Origin: an uncultured Gammaproteobacteria bacterium
GTDB lineage: Bacteria; Patescibacteriota; Patescibacteriia; Patescibacteriales; UBA12465
Reading direction: 5' to 3'
Length of the DNA: 64,000 nucleotides
Assembly: GCA_964470695.1 (NCBI GenBank)
Contig: CAYYDR010000002.1
Span: 8,401-72,400, forward strand
The notes beneath the pieces were generated by a model. It was not told where the DNA came from, did not search any database, and saw only the letters and a program-made list of their open reading frames with translations. Position 1 is the stretch's first letter, and the number at the start of each line of letters is the position of its first letter. Below, one piece after another: positions 43,747-54,652 of this stretch. Position numbers and translations under genes: made by a program.

Positions 43747-45960
43747 ATGTTGGAAAATAAAACCGATAATATAGATGTGCGTAGTTTTTTGTTCAGTAAT
43801 CTTAAGCCTTATGACGGCGATTCGTCATTTTTAGTCGGGGCTAGTTCAAAAACAAAAACTTTGTGGGCTAAATGCCAGGAACTTTTGGCTCAAGAATTTA
43901 AGCAGGGAGGCATTTTAAGTATTGATGCTGATAATCCTTCTGCTATTATTAGCCATCAAGCCGGATATATTGATAAAGACCTAGAAGTTATTGTCGGTCT
44001 TCAGACTGATAGACCATTACACCGAGCCATCAAACCCTTCGGCGGTATAAAAATTTTAGAGAAAGCCTGTGAAGAGAATAATGTTGAGTTAAGTCAAACC
44101 GTAAAAGATATTTTTACCAAATATCGTAAAACTCACAATGACGGAGTATTTGATGCTTATACTGATGAGATGCGCGCCTTGCGTAAAGCGGGAATATTAA
44201 CTGGCCTGCCAGATGGCTATGCTCGGGGGAGGATTATTGGTGATTACCGCCGGGCGGCTTTATATGGACTAGATGAATTAATTTCGGAAAAACAAGCTGA
44301 TAAGAAAAAGCTAGTCGGAGAAATGACTGATGAGCTTATCCGTTTACGAGAAGAAGTCAGCGAACAAATAAAAGCCCTTGAAGATATAAAAAAGATGGCA
44401 GCTAGCTATGGTTTTGACATTTCTCGTCCAGCTGAATCGGCGGCTGAAGCGGTCCAATGGACATACCTAGCTTATTTAGCGGCTTTAAAAGAACAAGACG
44501 GGGCGGCGATGAGCCTGGGTAATGTCAGCGGTTTTTTTGATATTTATATTGAAAGAGATATTGCTGCCGGAAAATTAACCGAAGAGACAGCTCAAGAATT
44601 AATTGATCAGTTTATCATTAAGTTGCGCCTAGTCAGGCATTTAAGGACTAGTGAATATAATCAGCTTTTTGCCGGTGATCCCACTTGGTTAACTGAATCT
44701 TTGGGCGGTTGTTGGAATAATGGTCAGCATAAAGTAACAAAAACTAGTTATCGTTTTTTACAGACTCTATATAATATCGGCCCATCGCCTGAGCCGAATT
44801 TAACTGTCCTATGGTCTAAAAAACTGCCTGATAACTTTAAGAAATTTTGCTCACAGGTATCACTAGACACTTCTTCCATTCAGTATGAAAACGATGATGT
44901 TATTCAGACTGTCTGCAAGGGAGATGATGATTACGGAATAAGTTGTTGCGTTTCTAAATTAAGTATCGGCAAGCAGATGCAATTCTTTGGCGCTCGCTGT
45001 AATTTAGCTAAGGCCTTGCTCATGGCTATTAATGGCGGCCAAGACGAGATGGCCGGCCTTAAAATTATTAATGGTTTAGAGGCATTACCCGATTCCGAGT
45101 ATTTGGATTATGAGGAGGTGATGGGTCGTTTTAAAAAAGCCATGCAATATTTAGCCGGCGCTTATATCAATACCATGAATGTTATCCACTACATGCATGA
45201 TAAATATTATTATGAAAAAGCGCAGATGGCTTTCTTGGATACTGATTTACGGCGAGTGATGGCTTTTGGAGTGGCTGGGCTTTCTGTCGTAGCCGATTCT
45301 TTAGCAGCGATTAAATTTGCTAAAGTAAAAGTGTTGCGCGATGATAGGGGGCTTAGCAAGAGTTTTGAAGTAATTGGAGAATTTCCTAAATATGGCAATG
45401 ATGATGACCGGGTTGATTCTTTGGCCCAAGAAGTAATTAGTATTTTTAATGAGGAATTAAATAAACATCATATTTATCGTGCCGCTAAGCCGACTTTATC
45501 AATTTTAACCATAACTTCTAACGTTGTTTATGGCCAAAAGACCGGAGCGACTCCAGATGGCCGTTTGGCTGGCCAGCCCTTTGCTCCCGGAGCAAACCCT
45601 ATGCATGGGCGAGATACGCTGGGCGCTATATCTTCTTTAAATTCAGTGGCTAAGCTGAATTATGCTGAAGCTCAAGACGGAATATCTAACACATTTTCAG
45701 TAACTCCTAATACTTTAGGAAAAAACCGAGAAGAACAAATCGCTAATTTAGTTTCTCTACTAGATGGTTATTTTAGCCGTCAGGCTTTTCATCTTAATGT
45801 TAATGTTTTGAATAAGCAGACCTTGTTAGCGGCCATTGATAATCCGGAACAATATCCGCAATTAACGATTCGGGTTTCTGGCTATGCGGTTAATTTTGTT
45901 AAGTTAAGCCGTGAACAGCAGCAAGAAGTTTTGGCTCGGACTTTTTTTGAATCAATGTAA
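43747..45960 (+). CDS. pflB: formate C-acetyltransferase (pyruvate formate-lyase)
   Basis: 737 aa. Glycyl-radical motif RVSGYAV near the C-terminus and the active-site Cys pair in GISCCVS. Confidence 0.92.
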   Translation: MLENKTDNIDVRSFLFSNLKPYDGDSSFLVGASSKTKTLWAKCQELLAQEFKQGGILSIDADNPSAIISHQAGYIDKDLEVIVGLQTDRPLHRAIKPFGGIKILEKACEENNVELSQTVKDIFTKYRKTHNDGVFDAYTDEMRALRKAGILTGLPDGYARGRIIGDYRRAALYGLDELISEKQADKKKLVGEMTDELIRLREEVSEQIKALEDIKKMAASYGFDISRPAESAAEAVQWTYLAYLAALKEQDGAAMSLGNVSGFFDIYIERDIAAGKLTEETAQELIDQFIIKLRLVRHLRTSEYNQLFAGDPTWLTESLGGCWNNGQHKVTKTSYRFLQTLYNIGPSPEPNLTVLWSKKLPDNFKKFCSQVSLDTSSIQYENDDVIQTVCKGDDDYGISCCVSKLSIGKQMQFFGARCNLAKALLMAINGGQDEMAGLKIINGLEALPDSEYLDYEEVMGRFKKAMQYLAGAYINTMNVIHYMHDKYYYEKAQMAFLDTDLRRVMAFGVAGLSVVADSLAAIKFAKVKVLRDDRGLSKSFEVIGEFPKYGNDDDRVDSLAQEVISIFNEELNKHHIYRAAKPTLSILTITSNVVYGQKTGATPDGRLAGQPFAPGANPMHGRDTLGAISSLNSVAKLNYAEAQDGISNTFSVTPNTLGKNREEQIANLVSLLDGYFSRQAFHLNVNVLNKQTLLAAIDNPEQYPQLTIRVSGYAVNFVKLSREQQQEVLARTFFESM

Positions 45961-46010
45961 ATTTATTCGTTGAGCTGCCGCCTATTTGTCTTTAGCCATA
46001 ATATGAAAAT

Positions 46011-46736
46011 ATGTTGAGAATCCATTCTCTAGAAACCTTTGGCACTCATGACGGACCAGGCATTCGTCTGGTTATTTTTACTCAGGGCTGTAATATGCGC
46101 TGTCTATATTGCCATAACATTGATACGCGCTTAACCGGGGGCGGACAAGAAATTAGCAGTGAAGAAATAATTAGTAAGCTAGAACAACAAAAAGAATATT
46201 TTCAGAACGGAGGCGGATTAACTATTTCTGGCGGAGAGCCGCTATTACAGGCGGAAGAACTTTTGCCGATTTTACGGGCGGTTAAAAAAAAGGGATTTAA
46301 CATCAGCTTAGATACTAATGGCTCTGTCTTTAATGAAACAGTTCGTAATTTATATGACCTTTGTGATTTGGTTTTATTTGATATCAAACACATCGGTGGC
46401 GATAAGCATCGCGCGCTCACTGGTTTAGATAATCAAATAACTTTAGACTCCATTAGATATAGAGAAGAATCAGGCCGCCCCTTCTGGCTGCGTTATGTAT
46501 TAGTTCCTGGTTATAGCGACGAGGCGTCTGATTTAGAAAACTTAGGAAAATATTTTAAAGACTATAAAAATATAGAGCGTTTAGAAATTTTGCCTTATCA
46601 TACTTTTGGCGTTTATAAATTTAAGGAAATGGGGTTGGATTATCAGTTAAGCGATGTGCTCCCTCCTACTACCAGCCAGATTCAGGCCGCTCAGACTATT
46701 TTGAGCCCTTATTTCAAGAATATTTATATTGGTTAA
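46011..46736 (+). CDS. pflA: pyruvate formate-lyase activating enzyme (radical SAM)
   Basis: 241 aa. CNMRCLYCHN cluster motif, GGGLTISGGEPLL, directly downstream of pflB. Confidence 0.9.
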   Translation: MLRIHSLETFGTHDGPGIRLVIFTQGCNMRCLYCHNIDTRLTGGGQEISSEEIISKLEQQKEYFQNGGGLTISGGEPLLQAEELLPILRAVKKKGFNISLDTNGSVFNETVRNLYDLCDLVLFDIKHIGGDKHRALTGLDNQITLDSIRYREESGRPFWLRYVLVPGYSDEASDLENLGKYFKDYKNIERLEILPYHTFGVYKFKEMGLDYQLSDVLPPTTSQIQAAQTILSPYFKNIYIG

Positions 46737-46840
46737 AGGTGTTTTAGGCTTGTTAATAATAATTAAAAGCGGTCTGATTGGCTTGGACAAGCCGCTGTTT
46801 TAGAGGTATTATTTATAATAGTAAGAAATAATTTAATTCT

Positions 46841-48937
46841 ATGGATTTGAACAAAGTTTTCTACCCCAAAAATATCGCTATCGTTGGGGCTTCTACAAAA
46901 CCAGGCAGCGTCGGCAATGATATTGTTAAAAATTTAGCTCAGCAAGGTTTTGCGGGACAGGTTTTTCCCGTTAATCCTAAAGCTGATGAATTATATGGCC
47001 TGAAGTGCTATCCGACTTTATCAGATATTAAACAACCTATAGATTTAATGGTGATTGTCGTGCCAGCCGCGATAGTGCCAGCTGTTTTAGAGGAGGGCGC
47101 TAGATTGGAAATTAAGGGAGCAATTATTATCTCAGCCGGATTTAAAGAAATAGGGCAGATTGAGCTAGAAAAACAAATAGAAAAGATTTGTATTGATAAT
47201 GATATTGCTTTAATCGGGCCAAACTGTTTGGGCGTTATTAACCCTGAGGTTAAAATGAATGCCTCTTTTGCAGCCTTAATGCCCTCGGCTGGATCGGTCG
47301 CCTTTATTTCCCAGAGTGGTGCTTTATGTACAGCAGTTTTAGATTACGCTCAGAAACTTAATTTAGGTTTTTCTAAATTCATGAGTATTGGCAATAAAGC
47401 GGTTATAGATGAACTAGAAGTTTTAGAATATTTAGCTAATGATGAAAAAACCAGAGTAATTGCCATGTATGCTGAACAGCTAGCCAAGTCTCAGGAGTTG
47501 ATAGCCATGATTAAAAAAATAACGCGTGGGCCAAAAGCTAAGCCAGTTATTGTTCTTAAGTCGGGACGTACTAGCGCCGGAGCTAGCGCGAGTGCCTCTC
47601 ATACCGGAGCCTTAGCGGGTAATGATGTTGCCTATGAAGCTTTGTTTAGGCAGAGCGGAGCGATTAGAGCTTATAGTGTTAGTGAGTTGTTTAGCTATAT
47701 TCAAATATTTACCGATAATTTGGTGGGTGCGGCGAAAAATGTAGCGGTTATAACTAACGCCGGCGGGCCAGGAGTCTTGGCAGCCGATGAAATAGTTACC
47801 TGCGGTTTAAGTTTAGCCAGTTTAAGCGATAAGACTAAGAATGCTTTAAAGAAAGCGCTGCCTGCTTGCGCTAGTTTTCATAATCCGGTTGATGTTTTAG
47901 GCGACGCTATGGCCGATCGTTACGCCCAAGCTCTAGAAATTGTAGCAGCTGATTCCAATGTGGATTCTCTACTAGTGATATTGACCCCGCAATCTATGAC
48001 CGAGATTGAAGAGACGGCCCAAGCGATTAAAAATATTAAGAATAAATGCCCGAAACCAATCGCTGTTAGTTTTATGGGCGAGAATACTGTTAAGCCAGGA
48101 GTGGATATGATGCGGAGCGGATCAGTGGCTAATTTTTTATTCCCTGAACAAGCTAGCCGAGCCTTGTCCATAATGGAACGTTTCCAATTAGGCGCTAAAA
48201 AGATCACGGAAAAAGAATTTAATTTTACGGATGTTAATAAAGAAGGAGTAAGAGCTATTTTTGAGTCCGCCAAGAAGGAAGGAAGGCATTCTTTTCCGGA
48301 GACCGAGGCTTTGAAAATATTAGCTCTTTATAACTTCCCGGTTTTACATGGTCAGGTTGTTCATAATGCCATTGAAGCTGAGGCGGCTGCTATAAAAATT
48401 AATGGCCGCTTAGCCATGAAAATAGTCTCACCCGATATCTTACATAAAAGTGACGTAGGCGGCGTAATATTAGATATTGAACCGGCCGAGGCTGGTAAGA
48501 GATATGAAGAGATGATGGCTCGTGTCGCTAAGAATAAACCTGACGCTAAGCTGGATGGAGCTTTAATAGTAGAAATGATTCCTCATGGCGCTGAAATGAT
48601 TTTAGGCAGCAGCCGCGACTCTAATCTAGGCAATTTAATCATGGCTGGTTTAGGGGGAATTTATGTAGAAATATTAAAGGATGTTGTTTTCGGTCTCTCT
48701 CCTTTAACGGTTGATGACGCGAGAAGAATGATTGATGGTATTAAGGCCAAGAAGATTTTTAGCGGTGTCCGCGGGCAAGAACCGTCTGACGTTGAAGCTT
48801 TAGTAGAATGCTTAGGGCGCTTGTCGCAACTACTAACCGATTTCCCAGAAATCAAAGAATTAGATATTAATCCGCTTCGTCTTTTAGCAGTTGGCGAAGG
48901 AGCGCGCGTTTTAGACGCGAGAATATTGATTGATTAA
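46841..48937 (+). CDS. acetate--CoA ligase (ADP-forming), fused alpha/beta
   Basis: 698 aa. N-terminal CoA-binding Rossmann domain (NIAIVGAS), succinyl-CoA-synthetase-like domains with the His segment SASHTGALAG, and a C-terminal ATP-grasp domain. Confidence 0.85.
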   Translation: MDLNKVFYPKNIAIVGASTKPGSVGNDIVKNLAQQGFAGQVFPVNPKADELYGLKCYPTLSDIKQPIDLMVIVVPAAIVPAVLEEGARLEIKGAIIISAGFKEIGQIELEKQIEKICIDNDIALIGPNCLGVINPEVKMNASFAALMPSAGSVAFISQSGALCTAVLDYAQKLNLGFSKFMSIGNKAVIDELEVLEYLANDEKTRVIAMYAEQLAKSQELIAMIKKITRGPKAKPVIVLKSGRTSAGASASASHTGALAGNDVAYEALFRQSGAIRAYSVSELFSYIQIFTDNLVGAAKNVAVITNAGGPGVLAADEIVTCGLSLASLSDKTKNALKKALPACASFHNPVDVLGDAMADRYAQALEIVAADSNVDSLLVILTPQSMTEIEETAQAIKNIKNKCPKPIAVSFMGENTVKPGVDMMRSGSVANFLFPEQASRALSIMERFQLGAKKITEKEFNFTDVNKEGVRAIFESAKKEGRHSFPETEALKILALYNFPVLHGQVVHNAIEAEAAAIKINGRLAMKIVSPDILHKSDVGGVILDIEPAEAGKRYEEMMARVAKNKPDAKLDGALIVEMIPHGAEMILGSSRDSNLGNLIMAGLGGIYVEILKDVVFGLSPLTVDDARRMIDGIKAKKIFSGVRGQEPSDVEALVECLGRLSQLLTDFPEIKELDINPLRLLAVGEGARVLDARILID

Positions 48938-49763
48938 GAAAATAAGCGGCAAACAATTATATATGAATCAGAGAAAAACAATTGGCCTAGCCTTAGGGTC
49001 AGGAGCATACCGAGGGTTTGCTCATATTGGAGTTATCCGCTCTCTGCAGAAACATGGTATCCCGATAGATTATTTGAGCGGCGCTAGTATCGGCGCCTGG
49101 GTAGCCGCTTATTATGCAATTTATCAGGACTTAGATTTGTTAGAAAATGATTTGACTCAGAATGGCCGGGAGAATGTATCTCTTTTATTTGATTTCAGCC
49201 GGGGTGGAGTCATTGGCGGCCAGAAATTTTCTAGTTATTTAGAGCAGAAATTACAACGCCATAGTTTTTCCGATTTAAAAATCCCTCTGCAAATAGTCGC
49301 TACGGATTTAACTAGCGGCCTTCCTTATATTTTTAAAGATGGTGATGTCGCTTTAGCGGTTAGGGCCAGCACTTCCGTGCCGTTAGTTTTTAAACCGCTC
49401 GCTTATGAAGAAAAATTATTAGTTGACGGCGGTATGAGTAATCCCGTCCCCTGTAATTTAGTTAAGGGCATGGGGGCTGATGTTGTTATCGGGGTCAATC
49501 TTTATAATAATAATGAGTTTTCCGATAAGAGTTCGTCAATTACTGATTTAGCTTGGCGCAGCTCCGTGATTATGCTCTATAACTTAGCTCAAGCATCGCT
49601 GTCTTCAGCCGATGTGGCCATAGAGCCGGACTTATCTTCTTTTCGGCAGAAGAGCAGCTTAGCTAAATATTTTGACAGGGAGACAGCTCAAAAAATGATG
49701 GAGGTTGGTGAACGAGCGGCTGATCAGGCAATACCAAAAATCAAAAAATTGTTAGGCCTATGA
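48930..49763 (+). CDS. patatin-like phospholipase
   Basis: 277 aa. Oxyanion GSGAYRG, nucleophile elbow GASIG, catalytic Asp in LVDGGM. Its start overlaps the acd stop by 8 nt. Confidence 0.85.
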   Translation: MIKKISGKQLYMNQRKTIGLALGSGAYRGFAHIGVIRSLQKHGIPIDYLSGASIGAWVAAYYAIYQDLDLLENDLTQNGRENVSLLFDFSRGGVIGGQKFSSYLEQKLQRHSFSDLKIPLQIVATDLTSGLPYIFKDGDVALAVRASTSVPLVFKPLAYEEKLLVDGGMSNPVPCNLVKGMGADVVIGVNLYNNNEFSDKSSSITDLAWRSSVIMLYNLAQASLSSADVAIEPDLSSFRQKSSLAKYFDRETAQKMMEVGERAADQAIPKIKKLLGL

Positions 49764-50797
49764 AGTATCAACTTTATACTACTTCGCAAAAGGCTTGGGA
49801 TGGCATGTTCAAAGCCATGGCCACTGCCCAGAAGTCCATCTATTTAGAGATGTATATTTTTCTGGACGACACTCAGATAACTCATAATTTTTTACAGCTT
49901 TTAAAAGATAAAGCGGCGGCCGGTTTAGAGGTAGTAGTTATTGTTGATTCTTATGGCAGTTCATCACTGCGGCCGGGAGCGATTGAGGAGTTGCGGGCGG
50001 CTGGCGGAGAATTTATTTATTTCAGCCATTGGCTCCATCGGACGCATCGGAAAATATTAATTATTGATAATAAAATTGCTTTCATTGGCGGAGTTAATAT
50101 TTATGAGGCGATACGAGGTTGGAATGATATGCAAATACGCATGGAAGGAAAAATAGTTGGACCATTACTTAAATCCTTCGCCTATAATTATGAAATTGTC
50201 GGCGGTAAAAAAGAAAGTATTTTAAAATACAGCCGAATGCCTTTGGTTCAGAAGATTAAATCTTGGGTGACTGACAATTTAGCTGTAACCACTAAGAGAT
50301 ATTCTTTAAATGAATACTATAAAAAAAGAATTATTGAAGCCAAATCATCAATTGTCATAGTTACTCCTTATTTATTACCGCCGCGGTGGTTAATTGCCAT
50401 TCTTGATGATGCTTGTCGTCGGGGAGTAAAAGTGGAAATCATTATTCCTAATGATACGGATGTTAAACCAATTAATAAAGTTAACTATTTGAATTCCTGC
50501 CGGCTAGCTGCCCTCGGCATTAAATTTTACCTGCTGCCAGTCATGAACCATGCCAAGGTTATGCTAATTGACGGTGAAGAGGGCGTTATTGGTTCACAAA
50601 ATATGGATGTTTTATCCTTTAACTTTAATATAGAGCTGGGAGTATTTTTTCGGCAGAAGGGGCTGGTCAACCAATTGAGCAAGATAGTTGACCAATGGAA
50701 GAATACGGCTATCATCTTTGAGGCGTCTGGCCGCAAGATTAAGTTTATTGATAAGGTTTTAATTATTATTCTCAGACTGTTCTACCCTCTCTTTTAG
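49760..50797 (+). CDS. phospholipase D / cardiolipin synthase-like protein
   Basis: 345 aa with two HKD motifs (HRKILIIDNKIAFIGGVN and HAKVMLIDGEEGVIGSQN). ATGA overlap with the patatin stop. No N-terminal TM helices. Confidence 0.8.
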   Translation: MKYQLYTTSQKAWDGMFKAMATAQKSIYLEMYIFLDDTQITHNFLQLLKDKAAAGLEVVVIVDSYGSSSLRPGAIEELRAAGGEFIYFSHWLHRTHRKILIIDNKIAFIGGVNIYEAIRGWNDMQIRMEGKIVGPLLKSFAYNYEIVGGKKESILKYSRMPLVQKIKSWVTDNLAVTTKRYSLNEYYKKRIIEAKSSIVIVTPYLLPPRWLIAILDDACRRGVKVEIIIPNDTDVKPINKVNYLNSCRLAALGIKFYLLPVMNHAKVMLIDGEEGVIGSQNMDVLSFNFNIELGVFFRQKGLVNQLSKIVDQWKNTAIIFEASGRKIKFIDKVLIIILRLFYPLF

Positions 50798-50919
50798 ACT
50801 ATTAAGATAGTAAGGCTAAACGAGGCTAATCTAGTTGGCCTTGTTTTTTTTGGTTTTTTCCTCTATAATAAACGTAATTATTTTTATTTTTTATTGGGAC
50901 ATATTAATCTATATCATTT

Positions 50920-53412
50920 ATGATAGAGAATTTTATCAAGGTTAGGGGGGCAAGAACAAATAATTTAAAAAATATAAATTTAGATATCCCCAGAGATAAG
51001 CTAGTGGTTATTACCGGTTTATCTGGTTCTGGCAAGTCGTCTCTGGCTTTTGACACTATTTACGCTGAGGGACAACGCCGTTATGTTGAATCCCTATCAT
51101 CTTATGCTAGACAGTTTGTCGGTCTAATGGACAAGCCGGACTTTGATTTAATTGAGGGTTTGTCACCGGCTATTTCCATTGATCAGCGAACGGTCGGTCA
51201 TAATCCTCGTTCCACGGTTGGTACTATTACGGAAATATATGATTATTTGCGCTTGCTTTATGCTAGAGCCGGCCAGCCCTATTGTCCTAATTGTGAGACT
51301 ATCATGACCAGATCGGCGGAAGAAAAAAAATCCAGCAAAACAGTCCGGGGCCGAGAAATAAAATCCGCTAAGACAGAAAGATTTTTTATTTGTCCTACTT
51401 GCTCTTATCGCCGCCCGGAATTAGAGCCGCGGGATTTTTCTTTTAATTCTGGACATGGCGCCTGCGTTACCTGCGGAGGATTAGGGACAAAAGCAGAAAT
51501 AGATCCGGAATTAATTTTTAATAATAATTTGAGTATTTTAGAGGGGGCAATAAAGCCGCTTTCCCACGCTAATTGGAATGGCAACGGCCTCTTTCTAGGT
51601 TTAAATGAGTTAGCAACTCGTCATAATTTTAGCCTGCGCCCCGCGGTTAAGGATTTAACGGTTGATCAAAAAAAGTTAATTATCAAAGGCGACAGCCAGT
51701 TTCCTGGTTTACTCTCTATCTTAAACGATAAGTATCAAGAAACAAAATCTAGCTTTGTTAAAACGGAAATTGAAAAGACTATGCGGACGTCTCTGTGTCC
51801 GGTTTGCCGGGGTGCCCGTCTTAAATCAGAATCGCTAGCGGTTAAAGTTAATAATTTATCAATTATAGAGGTTACTGATAAGAGCATTAAAGAGTTGGCT
51901 CCGCTATTTGCGATGTGGTTAAAAAATCCGTCTTACGCTAATGGGCAGGCTAAAATAATTGAGCCCATTATTAAAGAGATGATCAAGGATTTAGAATTAC
52001 TTAATAATGTCGGATTGGGATATCTTACTTTAAGCCGGGCGGCCATTACTTTGTCTGGCGGAGAAGCGCAAAGAATAAGGTTAGCCTCGCAAGTCGGATC
52101 AACTTTGAGTGGCGTCTTGTATGTTCTTGATGAACCATCTATTGGTCTGCATCAGAGAGATAATGATAAATTAATCGCCACCCTTAAAGAGCTGCGTGAT
52201 AACGGCAATACGGTTATTGTTGTAGAGCATGATGCTGCAACGATGTTAGCTTCGGATTGGTTAATTGATATCGGTCCGGGAGCGGGCGATGATGGCGGGC
52301 AGGTTTTATTCACAGGCACGCCCGAAGGAATAAAAAAATGCAATGAATCTCTAACCGGCGCCTATTTATCCGGCAAGAAAGAAATTAAAATGCCGGCCAA
52401 GTTTAGAACCGGCCATAATAAGGCTATTAAAATATTAGGCGCGACTGAACATAATTTAAAAAACATAGATGTAGAAATTCCGCTCGGCAAGTTAGTGGCG
52501 ATAACGGGCGTCTCCGGCTCCGGCAAGTCTACTATCATGAGCGATATTCTAGCTAACGCCCTGACGCGCAAGTTTTATAGAGCTAAAGTGGAGCCAGGCG
52601 CTCATAAGCAATTAACTGGCTTAGAATTTATTGATAAAGTAATTGATATTGATCAATCGCCGATTGGCCGGACGCCGCGCTCTAACCCCGCGACTTATAC
52701 AGGATTGTTTACTTATATTCGGGATCTTTATGCTGAATTACCAGAAGCGCGGGTAAAGGGTTTGGGGGCCGGACATTTTTCTTTCAATGTTCCGGGCGGG
52801 CGTTGCGAAAATTGTTCCGGTGATGGCGTCATTAAGGTAGAAATGCAATTTTTATCCGATGTTTATCTGACTTGCGAAGTTTGCGGCGGCCATAAATTTC
52901 AACCTAAGATACTAGAGGTACTTTATCAAGGGAAAAATATCGCGGAAGTTTTAAATATGACCGTTGAAGAGGCTAAGGATTTTTTTAAGGATCACTCGGC
53001 TATTAGCCAGAAATTAAAGACTCTTTATGAAGTTGGCCTGGGTTATATAAAATTAGGCCAAAGCGCCACGACTTTCTCGGGCGGCGAAGCGCAGCGTATT
53101 AAGCTAGCTACCGAGCTTTCGCGCCGTGCGACCGGCAAAACTCTCTATATATTAGACGAGCCGACTACCGGGCTGCACTTCGCGGATATTGATCGCTTGC
53201 TTAAAGTTCTTAATATGTTAGTGGATCAAGGCAACACGGTTTTGATTATTGAACATAATTTGGATGTTATAAAATCGGTGGACTGGGTGATAGACTTGGG
53301 CCCGGATGGCGGAGAAGCCGGCGGGTATTTAGTAGCGGCCGGGACGCCGCTAGAAGTTTCCAAAGTAGCCAAGAGCTATACTGGGCAGTATTTGAAGAAA
53401 TTGATTGGCTAG
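50920..53412 (+). CDS. uvrA: excinuclease ABC subunit A, short form lacking the UvrB-binding domain
   Basis: 830 aa. Two ABC modules (GLSGSGKSS / GVSGSGKST; LSGGEAQR twice) and zinc modules. Only 35 residues separate CPNC and CPTC where canonical UvrA carries a domain of about 135 aa. Confidence 0.85.
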   Translation: MIENFIKVRGARTNNLKNINLDIPRDKLVVITGLSGSGKSSLAFDTIYAEGQRRYVESLSSYARQFVGLMDKPDFDLIEGLSPAISIDQRTVGHNPRSTVGTITEIYDYLRLLYARAGQPYCPNCETIMTRSAEEKKSSKTVRGREIKSAKTERFFICPTCSYRRPELEPRDFSFNSGHGACVTCGGLGTKAEIDPELIFNNNLSILEGAIKPLSHANWNGNGLFLGLNELATRHNFSLRPAVKDLTVDQKKLIIKGDSQFPGLLSILNDKYQETKSSFVKTEIEKTMRTSLCPVCRGARLKSESLAVKVNNLSIIEVTDKSIKELAPLFAMWLKNPSYANGQAKIIEPIIKEMIKDLELLNNVGLGYLTLSRAAITLSGGEAQRIRLASQVGSTLSGVLYVLDEPSIGLHQRDNDKLIATLKELRDNGNTVIVVEHDAATMLASDWLIDIGPGAGDDGGQVLFTGTPEGIKKCNESLTGAYLSGKKEIKMPAKFRTGHNKAIKILGATEHNLKNIDVEIPLGKLVAITGVSGSGKSTIMSDILANALTRKFYRAKVEPGAHKQLTGLEFIDKVIDIDQSPIGRTPRSNPATYTGLFTYIRDLYAELPEARVKGLGAGHFSFNVPGGRCENCSGDGVIKVEMQFLSDVYLTCEVCGGHKFQPKILEVLYQGKNIAEVLNMTVEEAKDFFKDHSAISQKLKTLYEVGLGYIKLGQSATTFSGGEAQRIKLATELSRRATGKTLYILDEPTTGLHFADIDRLLKVLNMLVDQGNTVLIIEHNLDVIKSVDWVIDLGPDGGEAGGYLVAAGTPLEVSKVAKSYTGQYLKKLIG

Positions 53413-53455
53413 CTATTAAATATGGGATGCCGACCTTTGGCCAGAGGTAATAAAT

Positions 53456-53489
53456 AAAAATTCCTTACCAAGTATGGTAAGGAATTTTT
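53456..53489. terminator. bidirectional terminator
   Basis: AAAAATTCCTTACC-aagtat-GGTAAGGAATTTTT: 14-bp perfect stem. Confidence 0.8.
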
Positions 53490-53535
53490 ATTTGAAAGTG
53501 TTCTTTACGTATATGTTTAGTCGGAGGAATCTTTG

Positions 53536-54036
53536 TTAAACAAGATCAGCAATTATTTTTAATTCTAATTTTTTATTACTAACATTTAAGATGGCGAAAG
53601 TCGCTTGATGCCAGACGCCCGCGACATTACCAGGATTCACTATAGTTACATTATCACGTTTTTCTAGCCAGGGTTTATGGGTATGACCGTAGAAAATAAA
53701 ATCTGGCTTAGAATGGGAGCTATTTAAAATTTTTTCTATTTTAATTGGCTCATGGCAGAAGGCAATATTTGTTTCAGCTATTTTAATTCGCCCTACTGCC
53801 CCGAATGATTTTATATTTTTTAAACCAGCTAGTTCATCATCCTCATATATTTCAATATTGCCGCGAACAACAAAAATCTCGCCCGGAAAATTAGTGGCGA
53901 GATAATTTATTGTTTCTAGAGTCGTCGTGTCACCGCAACAGATTAGTTTAGTAATTTTATTTTGTTGGCAGCATTTGAGAACTTTAGCTAAATTAGCTAG
54001 GTTATCATGAATATCGGAAATTACCGCGATTAGCAT
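53536..54036 (-). CDS. YfcE/MJ0936-family metallophosphoesterase
   Basis: 166 aa. Motifs SDIHDN, GDT, GNIE, GHTH in canonical order. Confidence 0.8.
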   Translation of the reverse strand: MLIAVISDIHDNLANLAKVLKCCQQNKITKLICCGDTTTLETINYLATNFPGEIFVVRGNIEIYEDDELAGLKNIKSFGAVGRIKIAETNIAFCHEPIKIEKILNSSHSKPDFIFYGHTHKPWLEKRDNVTIVNPGNVAGVWHQATFAILNVSNKKLELKIIADLV

Positions 54037-54047
54037 ATGAAACTAAT

Positions 54048-54623
54048 TTATTTTTGACCGCGGATTTTTATTTCGTAGGCCATTTGCTCTAGTTTTCTTA
54101 GGTGTCCGCGCGCTTGGTCGTATTTAGTTCTTAGGTAGCCCGTCATATCAAAATCCACTAATTGGGACATTATGTCGTCGGCAGTTTTTTTTGTTTTGGC
54201 CACGGCGCTGAATTTTCCGGCGGCCGCCTGGTTAGTCGCGTAGCGGACCAATTCGCCGACCATATCGCAGACTCCGCCCAAATAAGATTCATAGTCTAAA
54301 CGCAATCCTTTGACGGCCTCAATTTTTTTATTTTTTATAATAGCGTATAGGGTTTTTCCCTCCAAATATTCTTCAGCCGCCGCTTTGTAGGCCCCCTCTC
54401 TATGCAAGCGTTCAAAACCGAAACGTTCCTCTAAATTCTGTAAGGCCTTTTCCATGCCGATTAACTTTTCCTCCGCTTCCTTAAGATTTTGTCTTTGCAA
54501 AGCAAAAATTGTTTTTTTAGCTTCAAATAAAATATTATTGGAAGCGCTGATTATTTGCCGACGCTCTGATTCGTTGGCCTGATAGTCCTTTTTTAATTCG
54601 CCTAAAAATTTATCATTGATCAT
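54048..54623 (-). CDS. translin-family protein (putative nucleic-acid binding)
   Basis: 191 aa, all-helical. YLGGVCDMVGELVRYA and a C-terminal LRTKYD...KLEQMAYEI resemble the Translin/TRAX pattern. Recognised by eye only. Confidence 0.45.
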   Translation of the reverse strand: MINDKFLGELKKDYQANESERRQIISASNNILFEAKKTIFALQRQNLKEAEEKLIGMEKALQNLEERFGFERLHREGAYKAAAEEYLEGKTLYAIIKNKKIEAVKGLRLDYESYLGGVCDMVGELVRYATNQAAAGKFSAVAKTKKTADDIMSQLVDFDMTGYLRTKYDQARGHLRKLEQMAYEIKIRGQK

Positions 54624-54652
54624 ATTTACTCCTAAAATGAATTAATTACTCT

